Translations under genes and position numbers: made by a program | Shown here: in pieces, positions 19,796 through 29,857 of the stretch | Position numbering within the stretch: the stretch's first letter is position 1 | Layout: each line of letters begins with the position of its first letter | The notes under the pieces: generated by a model | Told to the model about the DNA's origin: nothing | Seen by the model: the letters and a program-made list of their open reading frames with translations, nothing else | The model's database searches: none | Source: an uncultured Acidobacteriota bacterium | Lineage (GTDB): Bacteria > Acidobacteriota > Thermoanaerobaculia > Gp7-AA8 | Length of the DNA stretch: 64,000 nucleotides | Reading direction: 5' to 3' | Assembly: GCA_963741955.1 (NCBI GenBank) | Contig: CAVUKB010000007.1 | Span: 608,001-672,000 of the forward strand

Positions 19796-21805
19796 TTGAA
19801 ACTCAGCCGCTATGAAGTCGTGAGAGAGCTCGGCAAGGGAGCTATGGGCGTTGTCTACCTTGCCAAAGACCCACTGATCGGAAGGCTCGTCGCCCTCAAG
19901 ACCATCCGGCTCGCCCCCGCCGATGACGACGAAGAAGCGCGGGAGTTCCGCCACCGCTTCGTGCGGGAAGCTCAGGCCGCCGGGATTCTGAGCCACCCGT
20001 CCATCGTCACGGTCCACGACATCGGTGAAGACGAGTCGACCGGTACGTCCTTCATCGCCATGGAGTACGTCGAGGGGCTGAACCTCAAACAGATCCTGAT
20101 GCAGGATCGGACTCTGCCGCCCAACGAGACTCTTGAGATTCTGGCCCAGGTCGCCGACGCGCTCGACTATGCCCATCTGAAGGGAATCATTCATCGCGAC
20201 GTCAAGCCGGCGAACATCATCCGCTTCGCGGAGTCGAGAGCGAAGATCACCGACTTCGGGATCGCCAAGTTCGCGTCCGGGTCGAGCAACCTCACCACCA
20301 CCGGCCAGTTCATCGGGACGCCGAACTACATGTCGCCCGAACAGATCAAGGGCGTGCACGTGGATGGACGGACCGATATCTTCTCGCTCGGAATCGTTCT
20401 CTACGAGGCGCTCACCCGGCGGAAGCCGTTCGGAGGCGACTCCCTCACCACCATCTCGTACAAGATTGTGCACGAAGGTTACGTGCCGATCCGGGAAGTG
20501 AACCCCGACCTGCCGGACGAGATCGAGGATGTGGTGGTCCGCTGCCTCTCCAAAGAACCTGCAGACCGTTACCAGCGCGGGCGAGACGTCGCCGCGGACC
20601 TTCTTCGGATCGCGCGGGGAGACGACAGTCGACGGACCGTCGAGCCGCTGCATTTCGAGCAGACCCTGATGTCGCGATCGGACCGGCTCCCGACGGTCGA
20701 GACCCCCTTTCCCGACGCGGGGCGTTCGGCGGCGGCAGTCGCGGTGACGGTGCCGGCAGACACCCCCACCCCCGATCTCCACAACGAGACGCTGGCCGTT
20801 GCCACGCCGCGGCCGCGAGAGCGTCAGACGCTGAAGCAGACGTTGAGCCGGATCCGTATCCCCGAGGTCGGAGGGAAGGATCTCGACGCGATTGCGCGTA
20901 CCAGGATCTCGCCACTCCTCTTCTTCGGAGTGATCGCCATCGCGGCCCTCCTGGCACTCGTCCCGTCACTTCTGATCGCTCGAAACCTCGTCTCCGTTCC
21001 CCCGGTCGATACGGTTCGCGAACAGGCGGTCCAGAGGCAGCGCGAGCTTCGGCTGCGCGGAGCCCGCCTGTTGCAGGCGGGGGACGTCGACGGAGCCTGG
21101 GCCACGTACCGGGAGCTTCAGTCCCTCGCCCCGGGATCTCCGGCGGTGGCGAGCACCCTCGACTCGCTCGAGAAGGTGCGGATCGAGAGGATGACCGAGC
21201 AGCAGAAGCTCGCGGAGGCCCGGCAGAAACTCACCGATGGACAGGCCCTCTACGAGCAGTCGAAGTTCGAAGCCGCCATTCCGCTGTTCGAGGAGGCATT
21301 CCATCTCGATCCGAATCTCGAGGAGGCCGTCAATTACCTCCGGATGACCCGGGAGCAGATGGCGCTTCGCGACCAGACCCGACGCAAAAAGCAACTCGCC
21401 AGCCGCACCACCCCGGCGTCGCTTCCTGAAAGCGGGCAGTCCGCCGCGTCCGCTGCTTCCGAGGGGGGCGAGCAGATTCCCGCCAAGCCTTCGGCTCTGG
21501 TGACCGTCCTCGACAGTCCGGTGAATGACGGATACGTGATGATCCGCGTCGGAGGAGATACCGTCGTACACGAGAATCTCTGGGAGTCGTCGAGCGGATT
21601 CTTCAGGCGCAAAGTCCCGCGCAAGCTGAATGTCTACCGCGAAGTTCCGGCCCGGACCCAGGATGTCGAGGTGTGGGTGATCGTCCCGTCGCTGAACCTG
21701 AACTTCCACCAGAAGCTGAGTCACGAATTCGCGTCGGGAATCGTGAACCGGCTGACCATCCAGCTCGATGCGGCGAAAAAGCAGGTCATGCTGCAGTTCT
21801 CCTGA
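19796..21805 (+). CDS. Hanks-type Ser/Thr protein kinase with TM segment and TPR-like region
   Basis: LGKGAMGVVY, VALK, HRDVKPAN, DFGIA, GTPNYMSPEQ, DIFSLG; hydrophobic TM; TPR-like helices. Confidence 0.93.
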   Translation: MKLSRYEVVRELGKGAMGVVYLAKDPLIGRLVALKTIRLAPADDDEEAREFRHRFVREAQAAGILSHPSIVTVHDIGEDESTGTSFIAMEYVEGLNLKQILMQDRTLPPNETLEILAQVADALDYAHLKGIIHRDVKPANIIRFAESRAKITDFGIAKFASGSSNLTTTGQFIGTPNYMSPEQIKGVHVDGRTDIFSLGIVLYEALTRRKPFGGDSLTTISYKIVHEGYVPIREVNPDLPDEIEDVVVRCLSKEPADRYQRGRDVAADLLRIARGDDSRRTVEPLHFEQTLMSRSDRLPTVETPFPDAGRSAAAVAVTVPADTPTPDLHNETLAVATPRPRERQTLKQTLSRIRIPEVGGKDLDAIARTRISPLLFFGVIAIAALLALVPSLLIARNLVSVPPVDTVREQAVQRQRELRLRGARLLQAGDVDGAWATYRELQSLAPGSPAVASTLDSLEKVRIERMTEQQKLAEARQKLTDGQALYEQSKFEAAIPLFEEAFHLDPNLEEAVNYLRMTREQMALRDQTRRKKQLASRTTPASLPESGQSAASAASEGGEQIPAKPSALVTVLDSPVNDGYVMIRVGGDTVVHENLWESSSGFFRRKVPRKLNVYREVPARTQDVEVWVIVPSLNLNFHQKLSHEFASGIVNRLTIQLDAAKKQVMLQFS

Positions 21806-21817
21806 TTGGCGAGTTTT

Positions 21818-22018
21818 CGGGGATCAGGGATCGGGATCCGGGGGCCGGGGATCGGGGGTCGGGGAGATTCAGCGCAACCCGGACAGCTTCCTGCGCGGGT
21901 CCTTCTCCAGTCAGGCCAGTCACACGTCCGACCTGTCCGACCTGTCCGACCTGTCCGACACGTCAGACGAAACCCTCGCCTCTAACCTCTAGCCTCGAGC
22001 CCCGAGCCCCGAGCCTCT
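21818..22018. repeat. Short tandem repeat tracts (GGGGATC heptamers, GTCCGACCT nonamers, CTCGAGC-type heptamers)
   Basis: 21818-21864, 21926-21959 and 21977-22018 between convergent genes. Confidence 0.75.
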
Positions 22019-22995
22019 CGAAAAACACGTACCTGCTCGAGCAGCATCGGAGTCCCCCACGCTCCCGCGCCGAGGGGGAACCACGAAGGATCTCCGGGTG
22101 CGGCGAGAAGCCGCTCCGGGAGGGAAGTCGCGTCGATCACGAGTGAGCCGGTCCTTGGTGTGTCGTGGCCGCTGATGAGCAGATCCACCTCCAGGCTGCC
22201 GCCCTCGATGCGAGCCGGTCCGATCGCGACCGCCGTAGGAGCGTCGCCGTCGTCGCGCACCGCCGGGACGTCGAGCGCGAGATGGAATCCGGTGCGGCGG
22301 GGACGGCTGCGGTAGCTCGGACGAAACCAGTTTCGCGGCTCACTGCGGGACTCCGGTGCGCCGCCTGCGAGTACGAGCGGCTCGATGATCTCTCCGAATC
22401 CGTCGTAGCGGTACGTGGGGTGGGGTTTCTGGCGCATCGTCCATCGTGACGACGTCCCGAGCGCTCCGGCGCGCGCGAGAGGGTAGAGCGCGGCAACGAT
22501 GCGGGCGGCAGTGTCGGCCGAGAGGCGGAGCCGCTCGAACGAACGAGGCTCCTCGAGCGGTGTCGCGCGCGCGAACGTCTCGATCCTCTCCCGGATGTCG
22601 TCCGTCGCGGTCCGGTCCCACTCCGCCCCTCCGTCATCGATCGAAAGGCGCATTTGTAAACGATGGTTCACAATCGAAAGGTGAACGCGCGTGAACGATT
22701 CGCGCCAGCTCCGTTCGCCGCCGGCGCTCTCGAACCGGTGTTCCGCGAATCCGGTGAGAAGAAGCATCCTCTCAAGCGCGAGCGATCCGCCCGCCGGTAC
22801 GAGCGATCGTTCGAGCGCGAGAGCCGCGGAGGGATCCGGAGAGCTCAGTGACCCGCCGGGAGCCGCAGCGAGGGTGACGAATACGCCGTCCCGATCGCTC
22901 GCCGTGCCGAGCTCGCGGACCATCGATTCGGTCCTTGTCCCGCGCATCCATTCGATGCGATGCGTGACGCCTTCCTTCCGGTAGATCCCGTTCAA
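21982..22995 (-). CDS. Short, divergent PmbA/TldE-like protein
   Basis: YDGFG...PLVL and WFRPSYRSRP resemble TldD/PmbA C-terminal motifs; overlaps the TldD-like ORF; lacks HExxxH. Confidence 0.45.
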   Translation of the reverse strand: MNGIYRKEGVTHRIEWMRGTRTESMVRELGTASDRDGVFVTLAAAPGGSLSSPDPSAALALERSLVPAGGSLALERMLLLTGFAEHRFESAGGERSWRESFTRVHLSIVNHRLQMRLSIDDGGAEWDRTATDDIRERIETFARATPLEEPRSFERLRLSADTAARIVAALYPLARAGALGTSSRWTMRQKPHPTYRYDGFGEIIEPLVLAGGAPESRSEPRNWFRPSYRSRPRRTGFHLALDVPAVRDDGDAPTAVAIGPARIEGGSLEVDLLISGHDTPRTGSLVIDATSLPERLLAAPGDPSWFPLGAGAWGTPMLLEQVRVFREARGSGLEARG

Positions 22996-24098
22996 CGCGT
23001 CGCTCCCAGCGGCCCGGTGATGAGCCGCGGCGCGATCGACCCGACCGGGATCTTCTGCCCTTCGTCGGAACAGATCACCCCGGGGTAGCTCTCCGGTTCT
23101 CCTCCGGCTCCGGAGAGCGAGCGGATGAACGCCTCGCGCGGTGCGGTGATGCGGAAAGGTGCGAGCCGGCGGCGCCGCTCGCCTTCGACCATCGCGGCGC
23201 GGGCGATCTCGATCCGCACGCGATCGCTGACCGGGTCGTAGCCCCCCTCGCCGACGCGGTCGACCTCGATCCGCCGCTGCGGAATCTCGAACGGCGCTCC
23301 ACTCGACGAGACGGACAGATTCGACATCCGGATCAGCGGCACGTCGCGAAAGCTCGCGCGGCGGAAGGACGACGGCGATTCACCGCGGCTCAGAACGCGG
23401 GCCGACGTCGCTCTGCCGGCGTCGTCGATCTCCGCCGGTGCGAATCCTCCCGTCGGAGAATCGGTGACCTCGATCCACGTCGGGAGGTCCGGCGTGAAGA
23501 TGCCGCGCTCCGCGGGATGGCCGACGACTTCGTGCAGCATGACGGCGCCCGACCCTCCGATCCAGAGGATGGGAAGCGACATCGGATCGACGTGCTCGAT
23601 CTCCGGCCCGGCAGGATCGGACGCGGTAACGAGTCGGGATTGCAGCAGGTCGGGAGAGCCGGTGACCGAGGCCTGGCCTGGAGCGTGGATCACGACCACT
23701 ACGGATCCGTCGACATGGGCGCGCTGGTCGCGCTCGGGCGTGACCACTCCCCGAATGCGGGTCACGACGCGAATGGACGCCGCTTCCGGGGCAGCGTCGA
23801 GATTCGGGAGGAGGGAGTCGAGCGGGCCGCGGAGAGTTTCGAGGAGATTCCGCATCCGGGCCGGAAGTTCCTCCTCACCGGCGCGATCGAATGGCGGGGG
23901 AAGGGGATCGTCCACTCCCGAGTGAATCTCGAAGCGCATGAGGCTCCCCGAGGAGATGGCGATCGACGTTCCGGCGTCGTCGGTGCGCCGCGCCATGCGT
24001 GAAGTACCCGAACGGACGATCCAGGTCTCGTCGCGGCGCAGCTCGAGAAAGGAGTGCTCCGGCATCGGGGGAGCGACGGAGATGGAGGAGAACGCCAT
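22992..24098 (-). CDS. Short, divergent TldD-like metalloprotease
   Basis: GAVMLHEVVGHPAE, IDDAG, RRASFRDVPLIRMSNL, VICSDEGQKIPVGSIAP. Confidence 0.7.
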   Translation of the reverse strand: MAFSSISVAPPMPEHSFLELRRDETWIVRSGTSRMARRTDDAGTSIAISSGSLMRFEIHSGVDDPLPPPFDRAGEEELPARMRNLLETLRGPLDSLLPNLDAAPEAASIRVVTRIRGVVTPERDQRAHVDGSVVVVIHAPGQASVTGSPDLLQSRLVTASDPAGPEIEHVDPMSLPILWIGGSGAVMLHEVVGHPAERGIFTPDLPTWIEVTDSPTGGFAPAEIDDAGRATSARVLSRGESPSSFRRASFRDVPLIRMSNLSVSSSGAPFEIPQRRIEVDRVGEGGYDPVSDRVRIEIARAAMVEGERRRRLAPFRITAPREAFIRSLSGAGGEPESYPGVICSDEGQKIPVGSIAPRLITGPLGATR

Positions 24099-24233
24099 CG
24101 GGCTCGCATTCTAGCCCGGATCGTTCACCGCGATTGCGGTTCGAAATCGCGAGCCATCGGGGTCGCGTGCGCGCACGATCCTTGACTTTAGATCGAACCC
24201 GTCCTCAGAATCGCGGTCGGAGATCATGCGTTC

Positions 24234-24491
24234 GTGACGCCAAAGAGGATCGAGCTGCTCGCTCGAGCCATCGTGAACCGCCTCGAGGATCGAGGACTCG
24301 TAGAGTTCTCGGATGCCGAGGCCGGTATCGAGATGGTGGCGAGGACCCTGATGGAGAACGAGCGCCAGGCGGATGCGATCTGCGAAGAAGCACGAGAGCG
24401 ACTGGCGCGCAACGGCGTGATCGAGCCGTCGCTCGACGAGCTGGAAAACGAGATGCACCGGATCGCGGGGCAGCAGGGTTTCGTGCTCTGA
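24234..24491 (+). CDS. DUF507-like small protein
   Basis: TPKRIELLARAIVNRLE...IAGQQGFVL pattern; start uncertain. Confidence 0.6.
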   Translation: MTPKRIELLARAIVNRLEDRGLVEFSDAEAGIEMVARTLMENERQADAICEEARERLARNGVIEPSLDELENEMHRIAGQQGFVL

Positions 24492-24533
24492 TCGGACGCT
24501 CTCCTCTCCCGGGCGCATGAGAAAGAGAATGGC

Positions 24534-26084
24534 ATGACTGTTTCGAAACACCTCGAGGAGCTCGAGGAGAGAAAGCGGCGGAGCGAGCTCGGTGGAGGTG
24601 AGGAGAGAATTGCCCGCCAGCATCACGCAGGGAAGCTGATTGCCCGGGAGCGGATCGCACTCCTGTTCGATCCCGGCTCGTTCGAAGAGCTCGACCAGCT
24701 CGTCGTCCACCGCAGCCGCGACTTCGGAATGGATCAGCAGCGAATTCCGGGAGACGGCGTGGTCACCGGCTTCGGCACCATCCAGGGACGCCTCGTCTAC
24801 GCATTCGCTCAGGACTTCACCGTCTTCGGCGGATCGCTCAGCGAGACACACGCCGCGAAGATCGTGAAGGTGATGGATCTCGCGGTGAAGAACGGAGCGC
24901 CGATCGTCGGGCTGAACGACTCGGGTGGCGCCCGGATCCAGGAAGGGGTGGTCTCACTCGGCGGGTACGCCGACATTTTTCTCCGCAATACGCTCGCCTC
25001 GGGTGTGGTGCCCCAGATCTCCGCGATCATGGGACCGTGTGCCGGAGGTGCGGTCTATTCGCCGGCCATCACCGACTTCATCGTGATGGTGCGGAAGACG
25101 AGCTACATGTTCGTCACCGGACCCGACGTGATCCGGACCGTGACGCACGAAGACGTGACGAAGGAGGCACTCGGCGGCGCCGATACGCACGGCTCCCTCT
25201 CCGGAGTCTCGCACTTTGCCGCCGAATCGGACGAGGACTGTCTGGCGCTGATCCGTGAGCTGCTCTCGTACCTCCCTTCCAACAACATGGAAGATCCTCC
25301 GCGGGTGACATCGTCCGACGACGTCAACCGGGTCGACGAAGCGCTCGACTCGATCGTTCCCGAGAGCTCCACGCAGCCTTACGAGATCCGCGACATCATC
25401 CGTTCCGTCGCGGATGAGGAGCATTTCTTCGAAGTCCACGAGAGCTACGCGCGGAATCTCGTGGTGGGGTTCATCCGGCTCGACGGCGCTCCGGTCGGAA
25501 TCGTGGCGAACCAGCCGGCGTACCTGGCCGGCGTTCTCGACATCAGCGCTTCGCGGAAGGGGGCGCGCTTCGTCCGCTTCTGTGACGCGTTCAACATTCC
25601 GCTTCTCGTGTTCGAGGACGTGCCGGGCTTTCTCCCCGGGACGGAGCAGGAGTACGGAGGGATCATCATCCACGGAGCGAAACTCCTCTACGCGCTCGCC
25701 GAAGCGACGGTTCCGAAGGTGACTGTGATCACGCGAAAAGCCTACGGCGGGGCGTACTGCGTGATGAACTCCAAGCACATCCGTGCGGACATGAACTTCG
25801 CGTATCCGACCGCGGAGATCGCGGTGATGGGCGCGGAAGGCGCGGTGAACATCCTGTACGGGAAGGAGATCGGCCGGGCCGAAGATCCCGCGGCGATGCG
25901 CGAAGAGAAGATCCGCGAGTATCGGGAAAAGTTCGCGAACCCGTACATCGCTGCCGAGCGAGGCTATGTCGATGAGATCATCGAGCCGCGGTTCACACGG
26001 CGAAAAGTGATCGCGGCGTTCGCGATGCTGCGGAACAAGCGCGACACGAACCCGCCGAAGAAGCACGGAAACATCCCGCTGTGA
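24534..26084 (+). CDS. Acyl-CoA (propionyl/methylmalonyl-CoA) carboxylase carboxyltransferase beta subunit
   Basis: [57 protein letters not shown]. Confidence 0.95.
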   Translation: MTVSKHLEELEERKRRSELGGGEERIARQHHAGKLIARERIALLFDPGSFEELDQLVVHRSRDFGMDQQRIPGDGVVTGFGTIQGRLVYAFAQDFTVFGGSLSETHAAKIVKVMDLAVKNGAPIVGLNDSGGARIQEGVVSLGGYADIFLRNTLASGVVPQISAIMGPCAGGAVYSPAITDFIVMVRKTSYMFVTGPDVIRTVTHEDVTKEALGGADTHGSLSGVSHFAAESDEDCLALIRELLSYLPSNNMEDPPRVTSSDDVNRVDEALDSIVPESSTQPYEIRDIIRSVADEEHFFEVHESYARNLVVGFIRLDGAPVGIVANQPAYLAGVLDISASRKGARFVRFCDAFNIPLLVFEDVPGFLPGTEQEYGGIIIHGAKLLYALAEATVPKVTVITRKAYGGAYCVMNSKHIRADMNFAYPTAEIAVMGAEGAVNILYGKEIGRAEDPAAMREEKIREYREKFANPYIAAERGYVDEIIEPRFTRRKVIAAFAMLRNKRDTNPPKKHGNIPL

Positions 26085-26224
26085 TCGGGCGGACGCCTTC
26101 CGGTGTCGCGATTTTCATCCCCCCACCCTCATCTTCCGAACCCGATCTACGGAAAACCGAATTTCACCGCACCTCATCCGTAGCGTAACTGTAACGTTAC
26201 GTTATAGTTAACCCGCCAACTTCC

Positions 26225-26241
26225 TTGGCAGTGGCCTTGCC
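26225..26241 (+). promoter_or_regulatory. Sigma-54 (-24/-12) promoter upstream of the TonB-dependent receptor
   Basis: TTGGCAGTGGCCTTGC = GG-N10-GC matching TGGCA-N6-TTGC. Confidence 0.6.
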
Positions 26242-26275
26242 CTGAGTGTCACCAGGTGTCGGCCCCGTTGAAGAA

Positions 26276-26293
26276 CTGTTACGGGCCTGTTAC
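26276..26293 (+). promoter_or_regulatory. Direct repeat with 11-bp period (OmpR/PhoB-box-like)
   Basis: CTGTTAC-GGGC-CTGTTAC. Confidence 0.4.
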
Positions 26294-26397
26294 GATTGGC
26301 CGCTTTTCGGGGGCCGAAAGGAGGTGGTGCAGGTACATCGGAGTGAAATCCGAGTGGTGTCAGTCTTCGGGAATCTCTCATTCCAAAAGGGAACCAA

Positions 26398-29355
26398 ATG
26401 AATTGGAGGAATCAGCGCATGTCGTTCAAAAATCTCAAACTGGCGGGCCTGCTGATCCTGTCCGTTCTCGTCGCGGCGAGTGCTTTCGCCCAGACGCAGA
26501 CGTCCGGATCGCTGCAGGGATACGTCAAGGACGCGAACGGGCCGCTGCCCGGCGTGACGGTGACCCTCACCTCACCCGCACTGCAGGGCTCGAAAATCGC
26601 AGTCACGGACTCGAACGGTTTCTACCGTTTCTCCCTTCTCCCTCCCGGCACCTACTCGGTGCAGGCGTCGCTCTCCGGCTTCCAGCCGCTGACGCGCTCG
26701 AACGTGGAGGTCGCCCTCGGTAAGACGGTCACGCTCGAGATGACCATGTCGACCGAATTCGCTCAGGAGATCACGGTCACCGGAACGCCTCCGGTGCTCG
26801 ACATCACCTCGACCAAGACAGGCGCGAACGTTTCGAGCCAGGCGATGCAGAGCATCCCGGTGGCCCGCGACTTCACCGCAGTCGCGAAAGTCGCTCCCGG
26901 TACGAACGAAGACGCAGCCGGTGTGACTGTGTTCGGTTCGACGGGTGCCGAGAACCAGTACATCATCGACGGCCTGAATACGACGGGCGTCGAGCTCGGC
27001 ACCGACAGCAAGCAGCTCAACGTCGAGTTCATTCAGGAAGTCGAAGTTCTCACCGGCGGTCTTCCGGCCGAATACGGCCGTCTGACCGGCGGTGTGATCA
27101 ACGCGATCACCAAGTCGGGCGGCAACGAGTTCCACGGCGACGCGTTCGGCTACTTCGCCGGCGGCGGACTCCGCTCCGACAACACCACCGCGGCGGAACG
27201 CCCGGTGACCACGACCACGGTCTTCAACGTCGACAACCAGCAGGACTACGGACTCGACCTCGGCGGCTACTTCCTCAAGGACCGCCTCTGGTTCTTCGGT
27301 GCGTACGACCGGGTCAACGAGACCGACCAGCGCACGATCATCCGCCCCATCGATGCAGTCGGCGCCCCGGGTGTCGGCTCGGTCATCGACGAGGACATCA
27401 CCAAGAACCTCTGGGCAGGCAAACTGACCCTCCGCATCAACGACAACAACAATATCTACGGTTCGGTGTTCGCAGATCCTTCGACCAGCAAGGGCCCGCA
27501 GTTCGGGATCGCCGGACCGAAAGTCACCTGGTACGGTGAGCGGAAGACCGGCGGTACCGACGCAATCGTTCGTTACAACGGAATCTTTGGCCAGTCCTTC
27601 CTGGTGAACGCGGCGGCGGGCCAGCACCGGGAAAAGGACAACACCTCCGGTCCGGGCGCAAATCAGCCGGAATACATCGACTACACGTTGGGCGACACTC
27701 CTGTGGTGACCAACGGATTCGGCTTCTATCAGGATCAGAAGTTCAAGCGCGACCAGTACAAGTTCGACGTCAGCAAGTTCCTCGGTCCGCATGAGCTGAA
27801 GGCCGGGATCGACTACGAAGACATCAGCGCCGAGAACAATAACTTCAACGGCGGCGCCGGGCAGCGGATTTACATCTTCTGCTCCGACGGCGATCCGGGA
27901 TCACCGGAGTGCGCCAACAGCCAGTACTACCGGCACCGTTTCTACGTGAACGACCTGGCGCCCGGCTACGTCCGGAGCGATCCGAGCACGTGGCAGATCG
28001 CGGTTCCGCTCACGTCCAAGCCGGAAACCAAGAACAATGCAGTCTTTCTGCAGGACAGCTGGAAGGTCGCTCCGAACTTCACGTTCAACGCCGGCATCCG
28101 CTGGGAGAAGCAGGACGTCATCGGTCGTGACGGCTCCACCGCCATCGAGATCAAGAACAACTGGTCTCCCCGCATCGGCGCGATCTGGGACGTCATGAAC
28201 AACGGCAAGAGCAAGCTGTACGCGAACTACGGCCGCTTCTACGAAGCCGTCCCGATGGACATCAACATCCGCGCGTTCGGTGGCGAAGTGCAGTGCTTCT
28301 GCTACAACTTCGATCCGAATCCATCGAATATCCTTCCTGACGCGAATGCCCCGCGCCGTTCCGGCCTCCTCGGCGGCACCGAGCCGGTCGATCCCAACCT
28401 CAAGGGGCAGTACATCGACGAGTACCTCCTTGGATACGAGTACGAAGTCGCGAACAACCTCGCACTCGGGATCAAAGGAACCTACCGGAACCTCGGCCGC
28501 GTGATCGAGGACTTCCTCATCATCAGCGAAGGAAATTACTTCATCGCCAACCCGGGTGAGGGAATCGGAAAGGAAGTCACGTTCTACGACTATTCCACCG
28601 CTCCCGCTCCGAAAGCCGAGCGCAAGTACAAGGGCATCGAGCTGACCGCGCGGAAGCGCTTCAGCAACAACTATCAGTTCTGGGCCAGTTACACCTGGTC
28701 GAAGCTCGAAGGCAACTACGACGGTCTGTTCCAGTCGTCGACCGGACAGCTCGACCCTAACATCAACTCGGCGTTCGACTACGCCGACTTCATGATCAAC
28801 GCGAAAGGCAAGCTCACCGGTGACCGGAAGCAGCAGTTCAAGCTCAACGGCAGCTATGCCGTCAGCGACGGGCCTCTGAACGGGCTCACCTTCGGTCTCT
28901 CCACGTGGTACTACAGCGGAACTCCCCTCACCGCGTACGGCTACTCCTATGCGTACGCGAACTGGGAGTACTTCCTCACGCCTCGCGGTTCGCTTGGCCG
29001 CGCGCCCGCGGATTACGAAGCGGATATTCACGTCGGGTATCCGTGGAAGCTCGGCAACGGAATGGAGCTGAACTTCCTGGTCGACGTCTTCAACATCCTG
29101 GACCGTCAGGCGAAGACCGATCTCGACCAGCGGTACAACCTCGCCAGCAGCGCCACCGGAGACGCAGGATGCGCCGGGATTCCCGACGCTCTCTGCAACG
29201 GAGACGGTGGTCTGATGCACCAGGACGGCGTTGTCGCTCCGCTTGGCCAGCTCAGCAATCCGCGTGCGACTGCTCCGAACCCCGACTTCCTCAAGGCTGG
29301 AACCGCTTTCACCGATCCGCGGTCGATCCGCGTCGGCGTCCGGTTCAAGTTCTAG
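26398..29355 (+). CDS. TonB-dependent outer-membrane receptor (Oar-like) with N-terminal carboxypeptidase-regulatory-like domain
   Basis: Signal peptide (start may be 26419); LPGVTVTLTSPAL, ENQYIIDG, AEYGRLTGGVINAITKSGGNEFHG, FLQDSWKV; C-terminal PRSIRVGVRFKF. Confidence 0.92.
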   Translation: MNWRNQRMSFKNLKLAGLLILSVLVAASAFAQTQTSGSLQGYVKDANGPLPGVTVTLTSPALQGSKIAVTDSNGFYRFSLLPPGTYSVQASLSGFQPLTRSNVEVALGKTVTLEMTMSTEFAQEITVTGTPPVLDITSTKTGANVSSQAMQSIPVARDFTAVAKVAPGTNEDAAGVTVFGSTGAENQYIIDGLNTTGVELGTDSKQLNVEFIQEVEVLTGGLPAEYGRLTGGVINAITKSGGNEFHGDAFGYFAGGGLRSDNTTAAERPVTTTTVFNVDNQQDYGLDLGGYFLKDRLWFFGAYDRVNETDQRTIIRPIDAVGAPGVGSVIDEDITKNLWAGKLTLRINDNNNIYGSVFADPSTSKGPQFGIAGPKVTWYGERKTGGTDAIVRYNGIFGQSFLVNAAAGQHREKDNTSGPGANQPEYIDYTLGDTPVVTNGFGFYQDQKFKRDQYKFDVSKFLGPHELKAGIDYEDISAENNNFNGGAGQRIYIFCSDGDPGSPECANSQYYRHRFYVNDLAPGYVRSDPSTWQIAVPLTSKPETKNNAVFLQDSWKVAPNFTFNAGIRWEKQDVIGRDGSTAIEIKNNWSPRIGAIWDVMNNGKSKLYANYGRFYEAVPMDINIRAFGGEVQCFCYNFDPNPSNILPDANAPRRSGLLGGTEPVDPNLKGQYIDEYLLGYEYEVANNLALGIKGTYRNLGRVIEDFLIISEGNYFIANPGEGIGKEVTFYDYSTAPAPKAERKYKGIELTARKRFSNNYQFWASYTWSKLEGNYDGLFQSSTGQLDPNINSAFDYADFMINAKGKLTGDRKQQFKLNGSYAVSDGPLNGLTFGLSTWYYSGTPLTAYGYSYAYANWEYFLTPRGSLGRAPADYEADIHVGYPWKLGNGMELNFLVDVFNILDRQAKTDLDQRYNLASSATGDAGCAGIPDALCNGDGGLMHQDGVVAPLGQLSNPRATAPNPDFLKAGTAFTDPRSIRVGVRFKF

Positions 29356-29378
29356 GAACGGGTACCCCCTGCAGTACG

Positions 29379-29409
29379 AAAGGGCCTCCCACTCGGGAGG
29401 CCCTTTTTT
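29379..29409 (+). terminator. Rho-independent terminator
   Basis: AAAGGGCCTCCC-ACTC-GGGAGGCCCTTTTTT. Confidence 0.85.
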
Positions 29410-29421
29410 CGTGAGAAGGCG

Positions 29422-29684
29422 AATTCAGAATGCAGAATGCAGAATGAAGAATTGAGAATACGGGCGCCACCGGTGGGCGGCGGCCACCTTTGACCAAACG
29501 AATGGCGAGAGCGAATTCAAAATCGTCCTCCTGCCCCGAAGGGGCAACGGAGATTAGCCGGTGGCTGCCGCGAAGCGGCCGCCACCGGAAAGAGAGGAGC
29601 GCGATCATTCGTCGCACCCCGAAGGGGAGCCGGAGTTTTGCAGCAGAATTCAAAATGCAAAGTGCAGAATGCAGAATTGAGAAT
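29422..29684. repeat. REP-like hairpin cluster flanked by CAGAATG heptamer tracts
   Basis: (CAGAATG)n at 29422-29459 and 29647-29684; GCCCCGAAGGGGC 29533-29545; CCGGTGGC...GCCACCGG 29558-29588; CCCCGAAGGGG 29617-29627. Confidence 0.7.
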
Positions 29685-29857
29685 GGATGAGGAAGAGTGG
29701 GGCGAAATGCGGGACCGAATGAGCGTGCGCTCTTGAATCCAATGCTGCGTGACTCGAGCGGCGGTTGCGATGCATCGAGGCGTTTGCTGCGAGCTTTCCG
29801 ACTTGTCATCGGGCGTTCGGGAACATTCATCGTCCGGGGGGGATTTTCTTCAGAGTC

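Noticed and set aside
24226-24236. Programmed frameshift at the start of the DUF507-like gene (GGAG-ATC-ATG out of frame with GTG 24234)
   Set aside because: No slippery sequence; a GTG start or a single-base sequencing error explains it, and this cannot be resolved from the sequence alone.
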